A DNA stretch of 64,000 nt from an uncultured Candidatus Saccharibacteria bacterium. Its GTDB lineage: Bacteria > Patescibacteriota > Saccharimonadia > Saccharimonadales > JACDBH01. A program made the translations under genes and the position numbers. The notes below the pieces were generated by a model, which was not told the origin of the DNA, did no database searches, and worked only from the letters and a program-made list of their open reading frames with translations. Location of the stretch: the NCBI GenBank assembly GCA_964644965.1, contig CAZXYN010000002.1, positions 3,075 to 67,074 of the forward strand, in the 5' to 3' direction. Of this stretch, positions 25,502-35,237 are shown piece by piece (the first letter of the stretch is position 1; each line of letters begins with the position of its first letter).

Positions 25502-26115
25502 CTTAAGTCAGCGAATGCGTGAATTTTTTCAATTATGTCACGGGTGACTTGTAGCTCTGGCTGCATACTATCAATCTCAATAAGTAGATCTTTGTCACGC
25601 CAGTAATCTATGACCGGAGATGTTTTTTTGTCAAATTCAGAGAAACGAGTCTCTAGTATCTTATGATCAGTATCATCTTCGCGACCACGCTCAGCAAGTT
25701 GCCAGCGCCTATGGGCTTCTTCTAATGTAACATTCAGAAACAATACGCATTTTATTGGGTGACCCGATTCTCGGGCTCCAGCTTCAATCGCCTCTTCCTC
25801 GCCATGCCAACGACCGACACTGCTGAGTACCAAAGGATGGCCAGCAAACATGTCCTGGCTAAGATAAGGAAGAATCAGCGCCAGATATTTGTCAGTTGGT
25901 GCTAAGAAACCGGCTGCAATGGTGTCTTTGACCTCTTGGTTGCCTTGGCTATTTCGTATAATATCGCCACCACCGATGAGCGGTGCGTCAAAAAAACGTG
26001 ATAATTCTTTGCCGTGGGTGTCCTTGCCGGCGAACGGCAGTCCAAAAATATTTATCGAACCCGAGCCTAGCCAGCTACCAATCTCTTCAAGCTTTTTCTC
26101 TAACTCTGCATCCAT
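25498..26115 (-). CDS. Adenylate-kinase-family nucleoside monophosphate kinase-like protein
   Basis: P-loop-like FGLPFAGKDTHGKEL, GGGDIIRN and FLAPTDKYLALIL resemble Adk blocks. The start is set at MDAELEKK. Confidence 0.55.
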   Translation of the reverse strand: MDAELEKKLEEIGSWLGSGSINIFGLPFAGKDTHGKELSRFFDAPLIGGGDIIRNSQGNQEVKDTIAAGFLAPTDKYLALILPYLSQDMFAGHPLVLSSVGRWHGEEEAIEAGARESGHPIKCVLFLNVTLEEAHRRWQLAERGREDDTDHKILETRFSEFDKKTSPVIDYWRDKDLLIEIDSMQPELQVTRDIIEKIHAFADLS

Positions 26116-26222
26116 GTGTTTAAGTATACGATAGACACCGATTAAGCACTCCATCGATATTCGCTATAGTTAGGAAATGATTGCAGGCAATAATTTTGCT
26201 TGGCTCATAGTACAATAGGCTT

Positions 26223-26552
26223 ATGGCAATACTAAACCGCGGCAATAAAACACGCCGCGATAAACACAAGCCAGCTGTCATAACTGGCGAGTTCGAACTC
26301 CATTACGAAGATGTTATTAACAAAAATCGCTACACGCTGGTAGCGCTATTTGCTAGTGGCCTTGTGTTGCTGGCAGTCTTTGTGCCTTCGGCTGTTTATG
26401 AATCAATGGCCGGGAGTGAAAGGGTATCGATAGAGGCCGAGAGCGGCCTGATAGTAAATCCCGAACTTGTAACAAAAGTGCAGGGTGATGCTTCGGCAAG
26501 CGAGGGTAGTTTTATAGAGTTTAGCTTGCAGCCAGCCCAAGGAGAAAATTAG
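26223..26552 (+). CDS. Small membrane-anchored protein consisting of a TM segment plus the shared LEAE-G module
   Basis: TM segment LVALFASGLVLLAVFVPSAV followed by SIEAESGLIV...GDASASEGSFIEF. Confidence 0.55.
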   Translation: MAILNRGNKTRRDKHKPAVITGEFELHYEDVINKNRYTLVALFASGLVLLAVFVPSAVYESMAGSERVSIEAESGLIVNPELVTKVQGDASASEGSFIEFSLQPAQGEN

Positions 26553-27328
26553 TGACAAAATCAAACCAAAAACTAAGTACATTGTTGATCCTGATGATTG
26601 TTACGGCAGCTTTATTCGCGGGTGTAGTTTTTGCTGCCCCTGAACTATCACTCGAGGCAGAGGATGGCTCAATAACAGGTAATGCTCGTGTGATTTCTAA
26701 TGCCCAAGCATCGAGAGGCTCAGCTATTGCCTATGGCTCTGGTGTAACCAATCCAAACCCAACCTATGCTAACGACAAATGGCTATTTATAGGTGATTCC
26801 ATAACCGTCATGTCGGTATCTGCAACAACTCTTGAAAATCTAGTAAAAGCAGATGACTCATCGCGAAATCCAGATGTTACCAATATTGCCATCGGTGGAA
26901 GCTCCGCCGGAAGTTGGGGCGATTCAAACCCAGCGCTGGGTGATATAAACACGGCACTTGCCTCGACAGATGCCGAATTTGTGCCACTAGCACTTGGTAC
27001 AAATGACTACCATGTAACGTTTGAGCAAAACTACGAGGTTCTCGTTCAACGGGTGATTGCAGCCGGAAAAACTCCCGTACTACCTTACATTCCATGGACA
27101 AATAACTGGCCAGCAGGACATGCCGAGAATTACATTAACCCCGCCATCGAGAGAATACTCGCCAAATATCCAGAGGCACTGCGTGGACCTAATTTATTTG
27201 CGATTACTGAGAATCGACCCAATCTGTTTAAAGGATCACAAGATGTGCATCCAAACGATGCTGGTCAGGCTCTGCTTCGGCAGGCTTGGGCTAATATGAT
27301 GTTGACTGTTGGCCCTGGTTTACCATAA
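26552..27328 (+). CDS. Secreted/anchored SGNH (GDSL) hydrolase
   Basis: Block I FIGDSIT, block III LGTNDY and block V DVHPND. The N-terminus has a signal anchor plus the LEAE-G module. Its start overlaps the previous stop (TAGTG). Confidence 0.8.
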   Translation: MTKSNQKLSTLLILMIVTAALFAGVVFAAPELSLEAEDGSITGNARVISNAQASRGSAIAYGSGVTNPNPTYANDKWLFIGDSITVMSVSATTLENLVKADDSSRNPDVTNIAIGGSSAGSWGDSNPALGDINTALASTDAEFVPLALGTNDYHVTFEQNYEVLVQRVIAAGKTPVLPYIPWTNNWPAGHAENYINPAIERILAKYPEALRGPNLFAITENRPNLFKGSQDVHPNDAGQALLRQAWANMMLTVGPGLP

Positions 27329-27375
27329 GCTATAAGGTATACGAGCTTTCTAAAAGTAGGGGATTTAGAATATTT

Positions 27376-28560
27376 ATGACAATGAAACTCAAGAAGCCTT
27401 TGGTTTTACCAGCCGTGGTTATTTTGCTTTCTGTACTAACTCTTGGTGTTATTGCTCAAGGAACAGCAGCTGACAGGTCACTAGAAGCGGAAGCCGGCAC
27501 ACTTAGTGGCTCGGTAGAGAGATTTAGTAGTGCACAAGCTTCCGGTGGAAATGCAGTTAGATTTGGCACCGTGCCTACTGGCGGTGGACCAAATCTCAAT
27601 AATGGTGCATTACCGAATGTTGCATCGGGTGTGAATCAATCAAGTTGGATTCATACGCCAAATTGGCTTGTCTGGCCACGTGCTTCAGAAAATTATCCAG
27701 CTTTCCGTACGTTCTGTGAGTTCTCACACCTAGCGTGGGACGACCCAATTGTCTACCCAGGTCAGACAAATGCCGCTCACCTTCACGTTTTCTTTGGTAA
27801 CACTATCATAGACGAGAATTCAACCTACCAGTCCCTCCGTACCACAGGTAACTCTACCTGTGAGGGTGGCCCACTGAACAGGACAGCCTACTGGATGCCT
27901 GCACTGTTCGATGGTGCTGGTAATGTAGTAGCCCCGAGCGACATTGAGCTTTATTACAAAGCAGAGAATCTTCAGAGCCCAGGGCGTAGTATTACAGAGG
28001 TACAAGAATTTCCGAACGGACTTCGTATGATTGCCGGTGCAAGTGGCACAACGACTGCTGGCTCTGGCTTAACGTGGGGGTGGAACTGTGACGGTGGCTC
28101 GAATAGTTCAACAATACCTAATTGCAATAATGCATCAAGGTTAGAGGCCTGGGTGCGTTTTCCGTACTGCTGGGATGGGGTAAATCTTGATAGTCCAGAT
28201 CACCGTTCGCACATGGCATATGGTACGAATAACACATGGGGCACATGTCCGTCGTCACACCCTGTTCATGTACCGGAGATTACTGAGAAATTTCACTGGT
28301 ATAACACCGGTGATTCTAGTAGCTGGTATATATCTTCAGATCGGGCTGGACGCGAGAGCAATCCTGCACCTGACGGTTCAACACTTCATGCCGACTGGTT
28401 TGGAGCTTGGGAAGATTCTATAGAAACGACCTGGGTGAGCCAATGTCTTAGAAAAGGATACAGTGTTTCTCTCGGCGACTTATGTAATGGAACTATGCTT
28501 AAGCCAATACCAAATTACACTGGTTCACGGCTAATACCTGGTTGGACACCAAGTCCATAG
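27376..28560 (+). CDS. Secreted DUF1996-like protein
   Basis: Signal anchor, LEAE-G module, then AHLHVFFGN and multiple conserved Cys/Trp in the DUF1996 style. Confidence 0.6.
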   Translation: MTMKLKKPLVLPAVVILLSVLTLGVIAQGTAADRSLEAEAGTLSGSVERFSSAQASGGNAVRFGTVPTGGGPNLNNGALPNVASGVNQSSWIHTPNWLVWPRASENYPAFRTFCEFSHLAWDDPIVYPGQTNAAHLHVFFGNTIIDENSTYQSLRTTGNSTCEGGPLNRTAYWMPALFDGAGNVVAPSDIELYYKAENLQSPGRSITEVQEFPNGLRMIAGASGTTTAGSGLTWGWNCDGGSNSSTIPNCNNASRLEAWVRFPYCWDGVNLDSPDHRSHMAYGTNNTWGTCPSSHPVHVPEITEKFHWYNTGDSSSWYISSDRAGRESNPAPDGSTLHADWFGAWEDSIETTWVSQCLRKGYSVSLGDLCNGTMLKPIPNYTGSRLIPGWTPSP

Positions 28561-28567
28561 GTTGTAC

Positions 28568-28594
28568 TTGGCAGTCTTGCCTTTTGAGTGCCAG
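28568..28594 (+). promoter_or_regulatory. CIRCE-like operator upstream of hrcA
   Basis: TTGGCAGTC-N9-GAGTGCCAG (consensus TTAGCACTC-N9-GAGTGCTAA). TACAAT follows at 28600-28605. Confidence 0.65.
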
Positions 28595-28611
28595 AAGCGT
28601 ACAATTAGATC

Positions 28612-29313
28612 ATGATTTCAGAGCGGCAACAGACTATCTTGCTAGCCATTGTGGAGCAATACGCTGAAGTAGCCAGCCCGGTTGGTAGTAGCCTCATGGC
28701 CAAGGTTTTTGGTGTATCTAGCGCAACGATTCGTGCCGAGATGGCCGAGTTAGAGCGACTGGGCTATATCAAGCAGCCACATACCAGCGCCGGCCGTGTT
28801 CCTACCGACAAAGGCTATAGGTTCTACGTAAATAATTTGAGTGAACAAGAGGGACCAGTGGCGATTGCACGTGGTGAAAAAGCCATGGCTACTCGTATTC
28901 AGCATGGTGGTATGCCAGAGCGTACTATTCGTAATGCTGTAGATACGCTCGTAGAGCTGACCCACAACTTAGGCTTAGCTACAATCGGCGATCAGCTTTA
29001 CATGAGCGGTCTGTCTAATTTATTCGGTCAGCCAGAGTTCATGCACCCAGGCCAGGTGCAAGAGGTAGCAAGACTGCTAGATAACCTCGAGCCTTGGTTA
29101 CGCGAAGCAGCACCAAATGATCCGCTGAGTGTTTATATTGGCCGAGAGAACCCAATTGGTCGTGGTGCTGGCTGTTCACTAATTATTAGTCGATTCCGCA
29201 GCCCGTATTCTGATCGCAGCTATATTGGTGTGCTTGGTCCAACCCGGCAGAGTTATCGCGATGTTACTAGCCTAGTGGCTCGCGCTGGCCGCGCGCTAGA
29301 GGAGGCACTCTAA
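28612..29313 (+). CDS. hrcA: Heat-inducible transcription repressor HrcA (short form, 233 aa)
   Basis: N-terminal winged helix ERQQTILLAIVEQY...VGS..L......SSATIR.EMAELE.LGY...PHTSAGRVPTDKGYRFYV. It heads the hrcA-grpE-dnaK order. Confidence 0.9.
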   Translation: MISERQQTILLAIVEQYAEVASPVGSSLMAKVFGVSSATIRAEMAELERLGYIKQPHTSAGRVPTDKGYRFYVNNLSEQEGPVAIARGEKAMATRIQHGGMPERTIRNAVDTLVELTHNLGLATIGDQLYMSGLSNLFGQPEFMHPGQVQEVARLLDNLEPWLREAAPNDPLSVYIGRENPIGRGAGCSLIISRFRSPYSDRSYIGVLGPTRQSYRDVTSLVARAGRALEEAL

Positions 29314-29774
29314 TGGCAAAAAAGCCAAAAGCAGAAGAATTCGAGCAACAGATTGCCGAATTAACAGAAGCACTGCAACGCGAACGTGCCGATGCTATGA
29401 ATGTCCGCCGGCGCTCGGAAGAAGAGCGAGCTAAGCTCGGTTCATTCTATAAGGCAAACGTAGTTCGCGATTTACTACCTGTTATTGATAACTTTGAGCG
29501 CGCTCTCAAGCATGTACCCAAGGATTTAGATAGAAATGACTTTGTGAAAGGAGTTAAATCTGTTGTACAGCAGTTCGATGACACTCTCAAAAAACTTGGT
29601 GTAGAGCGTATTAAAACCGTCGGCGAAGTCTTTGATCCTAACTTGCACGAAGCGATCAGTATGGAAGAAGGCGAAGGTAGTAAAGAAGTTGTCAGCGAAG
29701 AGCTTCAATCCGGTTACTCTTTGGGTGATGAAGTAATCCGCCACGCCATGGTGAAAGTAAAGACCGAGAAATAA
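29313..29774 (+). CDS. grpE: Nucleotide exchange factor GrpE
   Basis: LLPVIDNFERAL, FDPNLHEAI, and its position between hrcA and dnaK. Confidence 0.93.
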   Translation: MAKKPKAEEFEQQIAELTEALQRERADAMNVRRRSEEERAKLGSFYKANVVRDLLPVIDNFERALKHVPKDLDRNDFVKGVKSVVQQFDDTLKKLGVERIKTVGEVFDPNLHEAISMEEGEGSKEVVSEELQSGYSLGDEVIRHAMVKVKTEK

Positions 29775-29776
29775 AA

Positions 29777-29803
29777 TTAGCACTCTAAGTACTTGAGTGC
29801 CAA
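29777..29803 (+). promoter_or_regulatory. CIRCE operator upstream of dnaK
   Basis: TTAGCACTC-taagtactt-GAGTGCCAA. Confidence 0.85.
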
Positions 29804-29825
29804 AATATTTTATGCTACCATATTT

Positions 29826-29852
29826 CTAGCACTCGTATTAGCTGGTTGCTAA
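29826..29852 (+). promoter_or_regulatory. Second, degenerate CIRCE-like element upstream of dnaK
   Basis: CTAGCACTC-gtattagct-GGTTGCTAA. Confidence 0.5.
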
Positions 29853-29891
29853 TAGCTAAAGACTAATCTAAGAAAGGGTATCTTTAAGACA

Positions 29892-31823
29892 ATGGGAAAG
29901 ATAATCGGAATTGACCTCGGAACTACTAACTCAGCTATGGCTGCGATGCAGTCAGGCAAGGCTGAGATTATTACAAACTCAGAGGGTGGACGTACAACCC
30001 CATCTGTTGTTGCTGTTAATAAAAACGGCGAACGGCTGGTCGGACAACTAGCCCGCCGCCAGCAGGTCACCAATCCAAAAAACACGATCTACGAAGTAAA
30101 GCGCCTGATTGGCCGCAAGTTTAGTGATAAAGAGGTCCAGCGTGATCTCAAGCTCATGGGTTACGAAATCGTCAAGAGCGGTAACGCTGTAAAGGTAAAG
30201 ATGGGCGACAAAGACTACAGTCCAGAAGAAGTCAGCGCTATGATTTTATCTAAGCTCAAGGCCGACGCCGAAAGCTACCTTGGCCAGCCAGTGACAGAAG
30301 CAGTCATCACTGTGCCTGCCTATTTTGACGACAGTCAACGTCAGGCAACCAAAGACGCTGGTAAGATCGCCGGGTTGGAAGTAAAGCGCATTATCAACGA
30401 ACCAACTGCAGCTGCACTAGCCTACGGACTAGATAAAGGCCAAAAGACAGATGAGAAAATCGCTGTCTACGACCTAGGTGGTGGTACGTTTGACGTATCT
30501 ATTCTAGAGCTCGGCGACGGTGTATTCGAGGTTAAGGCAACCAATGGCGATACGCACCTTGGTGGTGCGGATTTTGACCGAGTTGTCGTCAATTATTTTG
30601 CTGATGAGTTCAGACGAGAAAACGGTCTGGATATCAGCGATGACCGGGCAGCAATGCAGCGATTGCGTGACGAAGCTGAGAAGGCCAAGATTGAGCTTTC
30701 TACTGCTAACGAAGTCAATATCAACCTGCCATTCCTGACAGCTGATGCAGATGGTCCAAAGCACTTTGAACATAAGCTAACCCGCGCCAAACTAGAGAGT
30801 CTGGTCGGTGATCTTATCGTTAAGACTGGCGATCCTTGTGAGAAGGCTCTAAAAGACGCTGGCCTCAAGGCTAGTGATATCGACGCGGTCGTTCTAGTCG
30901 GTGGTATGACCCGTATGCCAGCCGTGCAGGAACAGGTCAAGAAAATCTTTGGCAAGGACCCGATGAAGGGTGTTAATCCTGATGAAGTTGTTGCTATTGG
31001 TGCTGCCATCCAAGGTGGTGTACTCCAAGGTGATGTCAAAGACGTACTGCTGCTAGACGTAACTCCACTATCCTTGGGTATTGAAACCATGGGTTCTGTC
31101 AGCACCAAACTGATTGAGCGAAACACCACTATTCCTACAAGCAAGTCAGAGGTATTCTCTACCGCGGCAGACAACCAAAATCAGGTAGAAATTCATGTAT
31201 TGCAGGGCGAGCGCGAGTTTGCCCAGGACAACAAATCACTCGGTCGTTTTGTGCTTGATGGTATTCCACCAGCTCCACGCGGTGTGCCGCAGATCGAGGT
31301 GACATTTAACATCGACGCCAACGGTATCTTGAATGTGACTGCCAAGGACAAAGGTTCTGGCAAAGAGCAAAGTATTACAATCCAGGGCTCATCAGGTCTA
31401 TCTAAAGACGAAGTTGAGAAGATGGCCAAAGACGCCGAAGCTCACGCCGAGGAAGACAAGAAACGTCGTGAATCAGTCGACGCCCGCAACGGTTTAGACA
31501 GCGCAATTTACAGTGCCGAAAAACTCAAGAGTGACAATGCTGACAAGATTAGCGATGACGACAAGAAGACACTCGACGAAGCACTCGAAGAAGCCAAGAA
31601 GGTTGCTGCTGACGACAAAGCCGACAAAGACACCCTGGAAGCAGCTGGCAAAGCGTTGAGTGACAAAATCATGCCAATCGGCGCCAAGCTGTATGAGTCG
31701 GCCGCTGCCGACGAGTCGAAAGACGAAAAAGACGAAAGTGAAAAGTCGGAAAGTGAAGACAAAAAGAAAGCCAAAGACGAACCTGTAGAAGGCGAAGTCG
31801 TCGACGAAGACAAGGAAAAATAG
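29892..31823 (+). CDS. dnaK: Chaperone DnaK (Hsp70)
   Basis: [27 protein letters not shown], and a Lys/Glu/Asp-rich tail. Confidence 0.98.
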   Translation: MGKIIGIDLGTTNSAMAAMQSGKAEIITNSEGGRTTPSVVAVNKNGERLVGQLARRQQVTNPKNTIYEVKRLIGRKFSDKEVQRDLKLMGYEIVKSGNAVKVKMGDKDYSPEEVSAMILSKLKADAESYLGQPVTEAVITVPAYFDDSQRQATKDAGKIAGLEVKRIINEPTAAALAYGLDKGQKTDEKIAVYDLGGGTFDVSILELGDGVFEVKATNGDTHLGGADFDRVVVNYFADEFRRENGLDISDDRAAMQRLRDEAEKAKIELSTANEVNINLPFLTADADGPKHFEHKLTRAKLESLVGDLIVKTGDPCEKALKDAGLKASDIDAVVLVGGMTRMPAVQEQVKKIFGKDPMKGVNPDEVVAIGAAIQGGVLQGDVKDVLLLDVTPLSLGIETMGSVSTKLIERNTTIPTSKSEVFSTAADNQNQVEIHVLQGEREFAQDNKSLGRFVLDGIPPAPRGVPQIEVTFNIDANGILNVTAKDKGSGKEQSITIQGSSGLSKDEVEKMAKDAEAHAEEDKKRRESVDARNGLDSAIYSAEKLKSDNADKISDDDKKTLDEALEEAKKVAADDKADKDTLEAAGKALSDKIMPIGAKLYESAAADESKDEKDESEKSESEDKKKAKDEPVEGEVVDEDKEK

Positions 31824-31831
31824 TGGAAAAG

Positions 31832-31957
31832 ATGACAGGCGAGCAGCTAGAGCAGTATTTGCGGCAAGCCGAAGAGCGTCCGACAGACGATGAAACAGCT
31901 CGCCCGTCACCATTGCCACCCGACTTAGACGATGCTCCAGAAGAGGAGACAAAGTAG
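31832..31957 (+). CDS. 41-aa acidic small ORF
   Basis: The ATG lies 9 nt after the dnaK stop. Its TAG overlaps the GTG of the next ORF (TAGTG). The RBS is weak. Confidence 0.3.
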   Translation: MTGEQLEQYLRQAEERPTDDETARPSPLPPDLDDAPEEETK

Positions 31958-32295
31958 TGTCACAGGAACGGTTCGACGAACTTTGGCATCACGCAGTTCG
32001 TTCGCTTGATTTGCACCCGGAAGATGTTGATGCCCATCCAGTCAGACTACATGTTGATAATATTATCGATGAACCAGCAGATTTAATTGATGCAATTGAC
32101 TGCAATCAGGCTAGACGGCAGATAACAGCAGAGGAAGCTGAAAGAGCGAGAGAAATTTTTGGCGTCATATACAAAGTAGATAATCTCAGATTTACCAATG
32201 CTTTTATCGCTGAGCTACCTTATGAAGAGGGAAGCGAAGGCTTGGAATTAGTCATGCGCTTACCCCCGAGTGATGATTCTCGTTCTGAGGACTAG
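31957..32295 (+). CDS. Hypothetical acidic protein (112 aa)
   Basis: ORF with a GTG start coupled to the preceding small ORF. No motif recognised. Confidence 0.45.
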   Translation: MSQERFDELWHHAVRSLDLHPEDVDAHPVRLHVDNIIDEPADLIDAIDCNQARRQITAEEAERAREIFGVIYKVDNLRFTNAFIAELPYEEGSEGLELVMRLPPSDDSRSED

Positions 32296-32891
32296 TTTTC
32301 TGGGGAGTAGACCAGGGCGTCGATAGTCTTTTGGCGGTCAGAGAAGTAAACACTGTAATGTTCGACAAGGCTTGGAATTAGCTCTGGCTGCTCTGAACCA
32401 ATGTAGGAATGAGCCTCGTTATAGTAGTCATTTCCGGTGAATGATTTGAACTTTTCGTATAAATCGTCCGAAATTAGGTCGATTTGCTCGTCTAAGGCAG
32501 TTTTTAGCCCTTCTAGCTGGCTTTCTTCCAAACGACTGTAGGACACATGTAGCATTTCATGAGAGGCTGTAACGATAGAACGGTTGTACTGTCTAGGTGT
32601 AAAATCATTCAGAATATAGATATTGCGACCTACCGTGCAGCCCAATGCATCAGACCCACACTCTTCATTAATAGTTTTTCTATCAACAAACTGTGGGTCT
32701 AGCCGGTAGAACAGCTTGCGACCGTAGTCGCTCATTCCGGCATCAGTCGCAATCTGGGAGACTTCCTCAGATGGCTGGTAACTCCTAAAAAACCACCAGT
32801 CACCAATCGCTGTAGCATTTTGAACAGCAAAAAACCCAAGTATCAGTACGGCTACCAGGAGGATCAAATCTATAATAGTGCGTTTCTTCAT
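32292..32891 (-). CDS. Membrane-anchored putative zinc metallopeptidase (HExxH)
   Basis: N-terminal TM segment and an HEMLH motif. No family recognised otherwise. Confidence 0.45.
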   Translation of the reverse strand: MKKRTIIDLILLVAVLILGFFAVQNATAIGDWWFFRSYQPSEEVSQIATDAGMSDYGRKLFYRLDPQFVDRKTINEECGSDALGCTVGRNIYILNDFTPRQYNRSIVTASHEMLHVSYSRLEESQLEGLKTALDEQIDLISDDLYEKFKSFTGNDYYNEAHSYIGSEQPELIPSLVEHYSVYFSDRQKTIDALVYSPEN

Positions 32892-32930
32892 AAGCGATTA
32901 GATTAATAATAACAGACACCTCAGAAGGGA

Positions 32931-32958
32931 CTAGCACTCTAGGGGTACAGAGTGCTAA
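32931..32958 (+). promoter_or_regulatory. CIRCE operator upstream of dnaJ
   Basis: CTAGCACTC-N10-GAGTGCTAA, with arms TAGCACTCT/AGAGTGCTA. It overlaps a TAAAAT box. Confidence 0.8.
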
Positions 32959-32972
32959 AATACGGGTAGAAT

Positions 32973-34097
32973 ATGAGCGATAAGAGAGATTATTACGAAG
33001 TACTCGGTGTTAACAAAGGCGCCAGTGACGATGAGATAAAAAAAGCCTTCCGCAAAAAGGCTATTGAGTTTCATCCAGACAAAGCTGGTGGTGACGAAAG
33101 CAAGTTCAAAGAAGTAAACGAAGCTTACGAAGTGCTCAAGGACGAGCGTAAACGTCAGCGCTATGACCAGTTTGGCCATGCCGGTGTTGGCGGTGCGTCT
33201 GGCGGCGGCGATCCATTCGGTGGATTTGGTGGTGCAGGCGGAGCGCAGAACATCAACTTTGATTTCGGCGATTTAGGCCTTGGTGATATCTTTGGTAGTT
33301 TCTTTGGCGGCGCTTCTGGTCAGCATGAAAGACGCGCCAAGCGCGGCCGAGATGTTGAGACAGATGTGGTTATAAGTTTTGAACAAGCAGTCTTTGGCAC
33401 AGAGGTAGAGCTCAATCTTGTCATGGAAGACGTCTGCGAACATTGCAAAGGCACCACAGCCGAGCCTGGTCATGACTTAAAAACCTGTCCAGACTGTAAA
33501 GGTTCAGGGCAGGTGGTCAGCGTCACCCGCACGATATTTGGGAATATTCAGCAGGCAACTGTCTGCCCAACCTGTCATGGCAGCGGCAAAATCCCAGAGA
33601 AAACCTGCAGTGTCTGTAAGGGTAAGGGGACTAAGAGCAAGAATCAAGAAATCAAGCTTAAGATTCCAGCCGGTATCGATGACGGTGCAACTATTCGCTT
33701 GCGCGAGCATGGTGAGGCTATGGCTTTCGCTGGACAGCGAAGCCCACGCGGTGATCTGTATGTAAATTTGCGGGTCAAAGCTCACAAACATTTCACGCGT
33801 GAAGGTGACCTGATTTTGTCAGAAGAATCGGTATCAATGATAGACGCGGCACTTGGTGCTGAGGTAGAGGTAGAGACCGTAGATGGCCCAATAAATATGA
33901 AAGTCCCAGCTGGCACTCAGAGCGGCACAGACTTCAAGCTATCTGGCCATGGTGTGCCACACTTGCGCGGCAGTTCGCGCGGTGCCCACATCGTAACCGT
34001 ACTAGTGGAGACACCTCAAAACTTGTCAAAAACACAGAAAGAACTACTAGAACAATTCAAATCTGCATCCAAGGGCAAAAAAGGCTTTTTCAAGTAA
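32973..34097 (+). CDS. dnaJ: Co-chaperone DnaJ
   Basis: J domain with HPD (EFHPDK), G/F-rich linker, and four CxxCxGxG zinc-finger repeats. Confidence 0.97.
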   Translation: MSDKRDYYEVLGVNKGASDDEIKKAFRKKAIEFHPDKAGGDESKFKEVNEAYEVLKDERKRQRYDQFGHAGVGGASGGGDPFGGFGGAGGAQNINFDFGDLGLGDIFGSFFGGASGQHERRAKRGRDVETDVVISFEQAVFGTEVELNLVMEDVCEHCKGTTAEPGHDLKTCPDCKGSGQVVSVTRTIFGNIQQATVCPTCHGSGKIPEKTCSVCKGKGTKSKNQEIKLKIPAGIDDGATIRLREHGEAMAFAGQRSPRGDLYVNLRVKAHKHFTREGDLILSEESVSMIDAALGAEVEVETVDGPINMKVPAGTQSGTDFKLSGHGVPHLRGSSRGAHIVTVLVETPQNLSKTQKELLEQFKSASKGKKGFFK

Positions 34098-34136
34098 GTT
34101 TTATTTCTTATGCTTATCTGGCATAATGAAGGAAAT

Positions 34137-34253
34137 ATGAACAAAAAAGATCAAGACCAAAATGGCTTCATCACGATGATTGTCGTGATGATAATTATAA
34201 TTGTCTCTATCATAGTACTGGCCTACATGAGAGTCTCTAGCGTAGCCAAATAG
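34137..34253 (+). CDS. 38-aa small membrane protein (MNKKDQDQNGFITMIVVMIIIIVSIIVLAYMRVSSVAK)
   Basis: GAAGGA RBS 6 nt upstream and one clear TM helix. It is below the ORF-track length cutoff. Confidence 0.45.
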   Translation: MNKKDQDQNGFITMIVVMIIIIVSIIVLAYMRVSSVAK

Positions 34254-34285
34254 TATTGACAAAGTACTATAAAATGTGCTAAAAT

Positions 34286-35215
34286 ATGTACATGAACACT
34301 AAAAAACCCCGTATACTTATACTTTCGTCTGCAGAAGATATCAATGAAAGCATTCCTCTCAATGATCATTTTGTTGCTGAGCTAAAAAAGCGTATTGGTA
34401 ACGAAGTCTCGATTGAGTGGCATAACTATCACAATATAAAGATCGAATATAAAAGTGATGAGCTACAGGTATCGCTACTAAGAGAAAACAAATCGCTAAA
34501 GGACTTTGATTTTGTGTATATTAAGTCGTTTTTTAGGTACAGCGAAATAGCTGGGATTATCGCGGAATATTTATATGTAAATAACGTGCGTTTTGTAAGT
34601 AGTGAGCTAAAAGACCATATCGCTGCAACTAAGCTAACTCAGCTTGCACGTCTTGCGATGAATAAACTTCCTATCCCGCAAACAATTTTCATGTTGCCAG
34701 AACAGTTTTCTAAGCGCTACCAAGAAGTTAGTGATGCGCTGGGAGTACCTTTTATTTTTAAATCAATTGATGGTGCCGGTGGTGAAGAAAATTACCTCAT
34801 AAAGAGCGAAGAAAAACTACAAGCGGCACTAAAAGAATTCCCAGAACACAAGTTTATTGCACAGAAATTCATTGAAAACGACAGCGATTATAGGCTGCTA
34901 GTAGTTGATGGCAAAGTCCAGCTTATCATTAAGCGTCAACGCGCTGGGGGTGATACACACCTGAATAACACTTCTCAAGGAGCCCAAGCTACCTTAACCG
35001 CTATCGATAAATTTCCTCATGAATGCATAGATATGTCACTACAGGCGGCAAAAATCATGAAGCGAGAAATCGCTGGTGTTGATCTGCTTTTCGAAACAGG
35101 TACAAATAATCCTTATATTCTTGAGGTCAATGCAAGTCCCCAGATTGCAAGCGGTGCATTCCAGGCAGAAAAAATTGACATATATAGTAAATATTTTAAA
35201 AATATGGTAAAATAG
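34286..35215 (+). CDS. RimK-like ATP-grasp ligase (second paralogue)
   Basis: ATP-grasp blocks FIFKSIDGAGGEENYLI, QKFIENDSDYRLLVV and GVDLLF...ILEVNASP. The promoter is TTGACA-18-TAAAAT, and the likely true start is ATG 34292. Confidence 0.7.
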   Translation: MYMNTKKPRILILSSAEDINESIPLNDHFVAELKKRIGNEVSIEWHNYHNIKIEYKSDELQVSLLRENKSLKDFDFVYIKSFFRYSEIAGIIAEYLYVNNVRFVSSELKDHIAATKLTQLARLAMNKLPIPQTIFMLPEQFSKRYQEVSDALGVPFIFKSIDGAGGEENYLIKSEEKLQAALKEFPEHKFIAQKFIENDSDYRLLVVDGKVQLIIKRQRAGGDTHLNNTSQGAQATLTAIDKFPHECIDMSLQAAKIMKREIAGVDLLFETGTNNPYILEVNASPQIASGAFQAEKIDIYSKYFKNMVK

Positions 35216-35237
35216 CCGCTTCAATAGGCAGTAAGTA

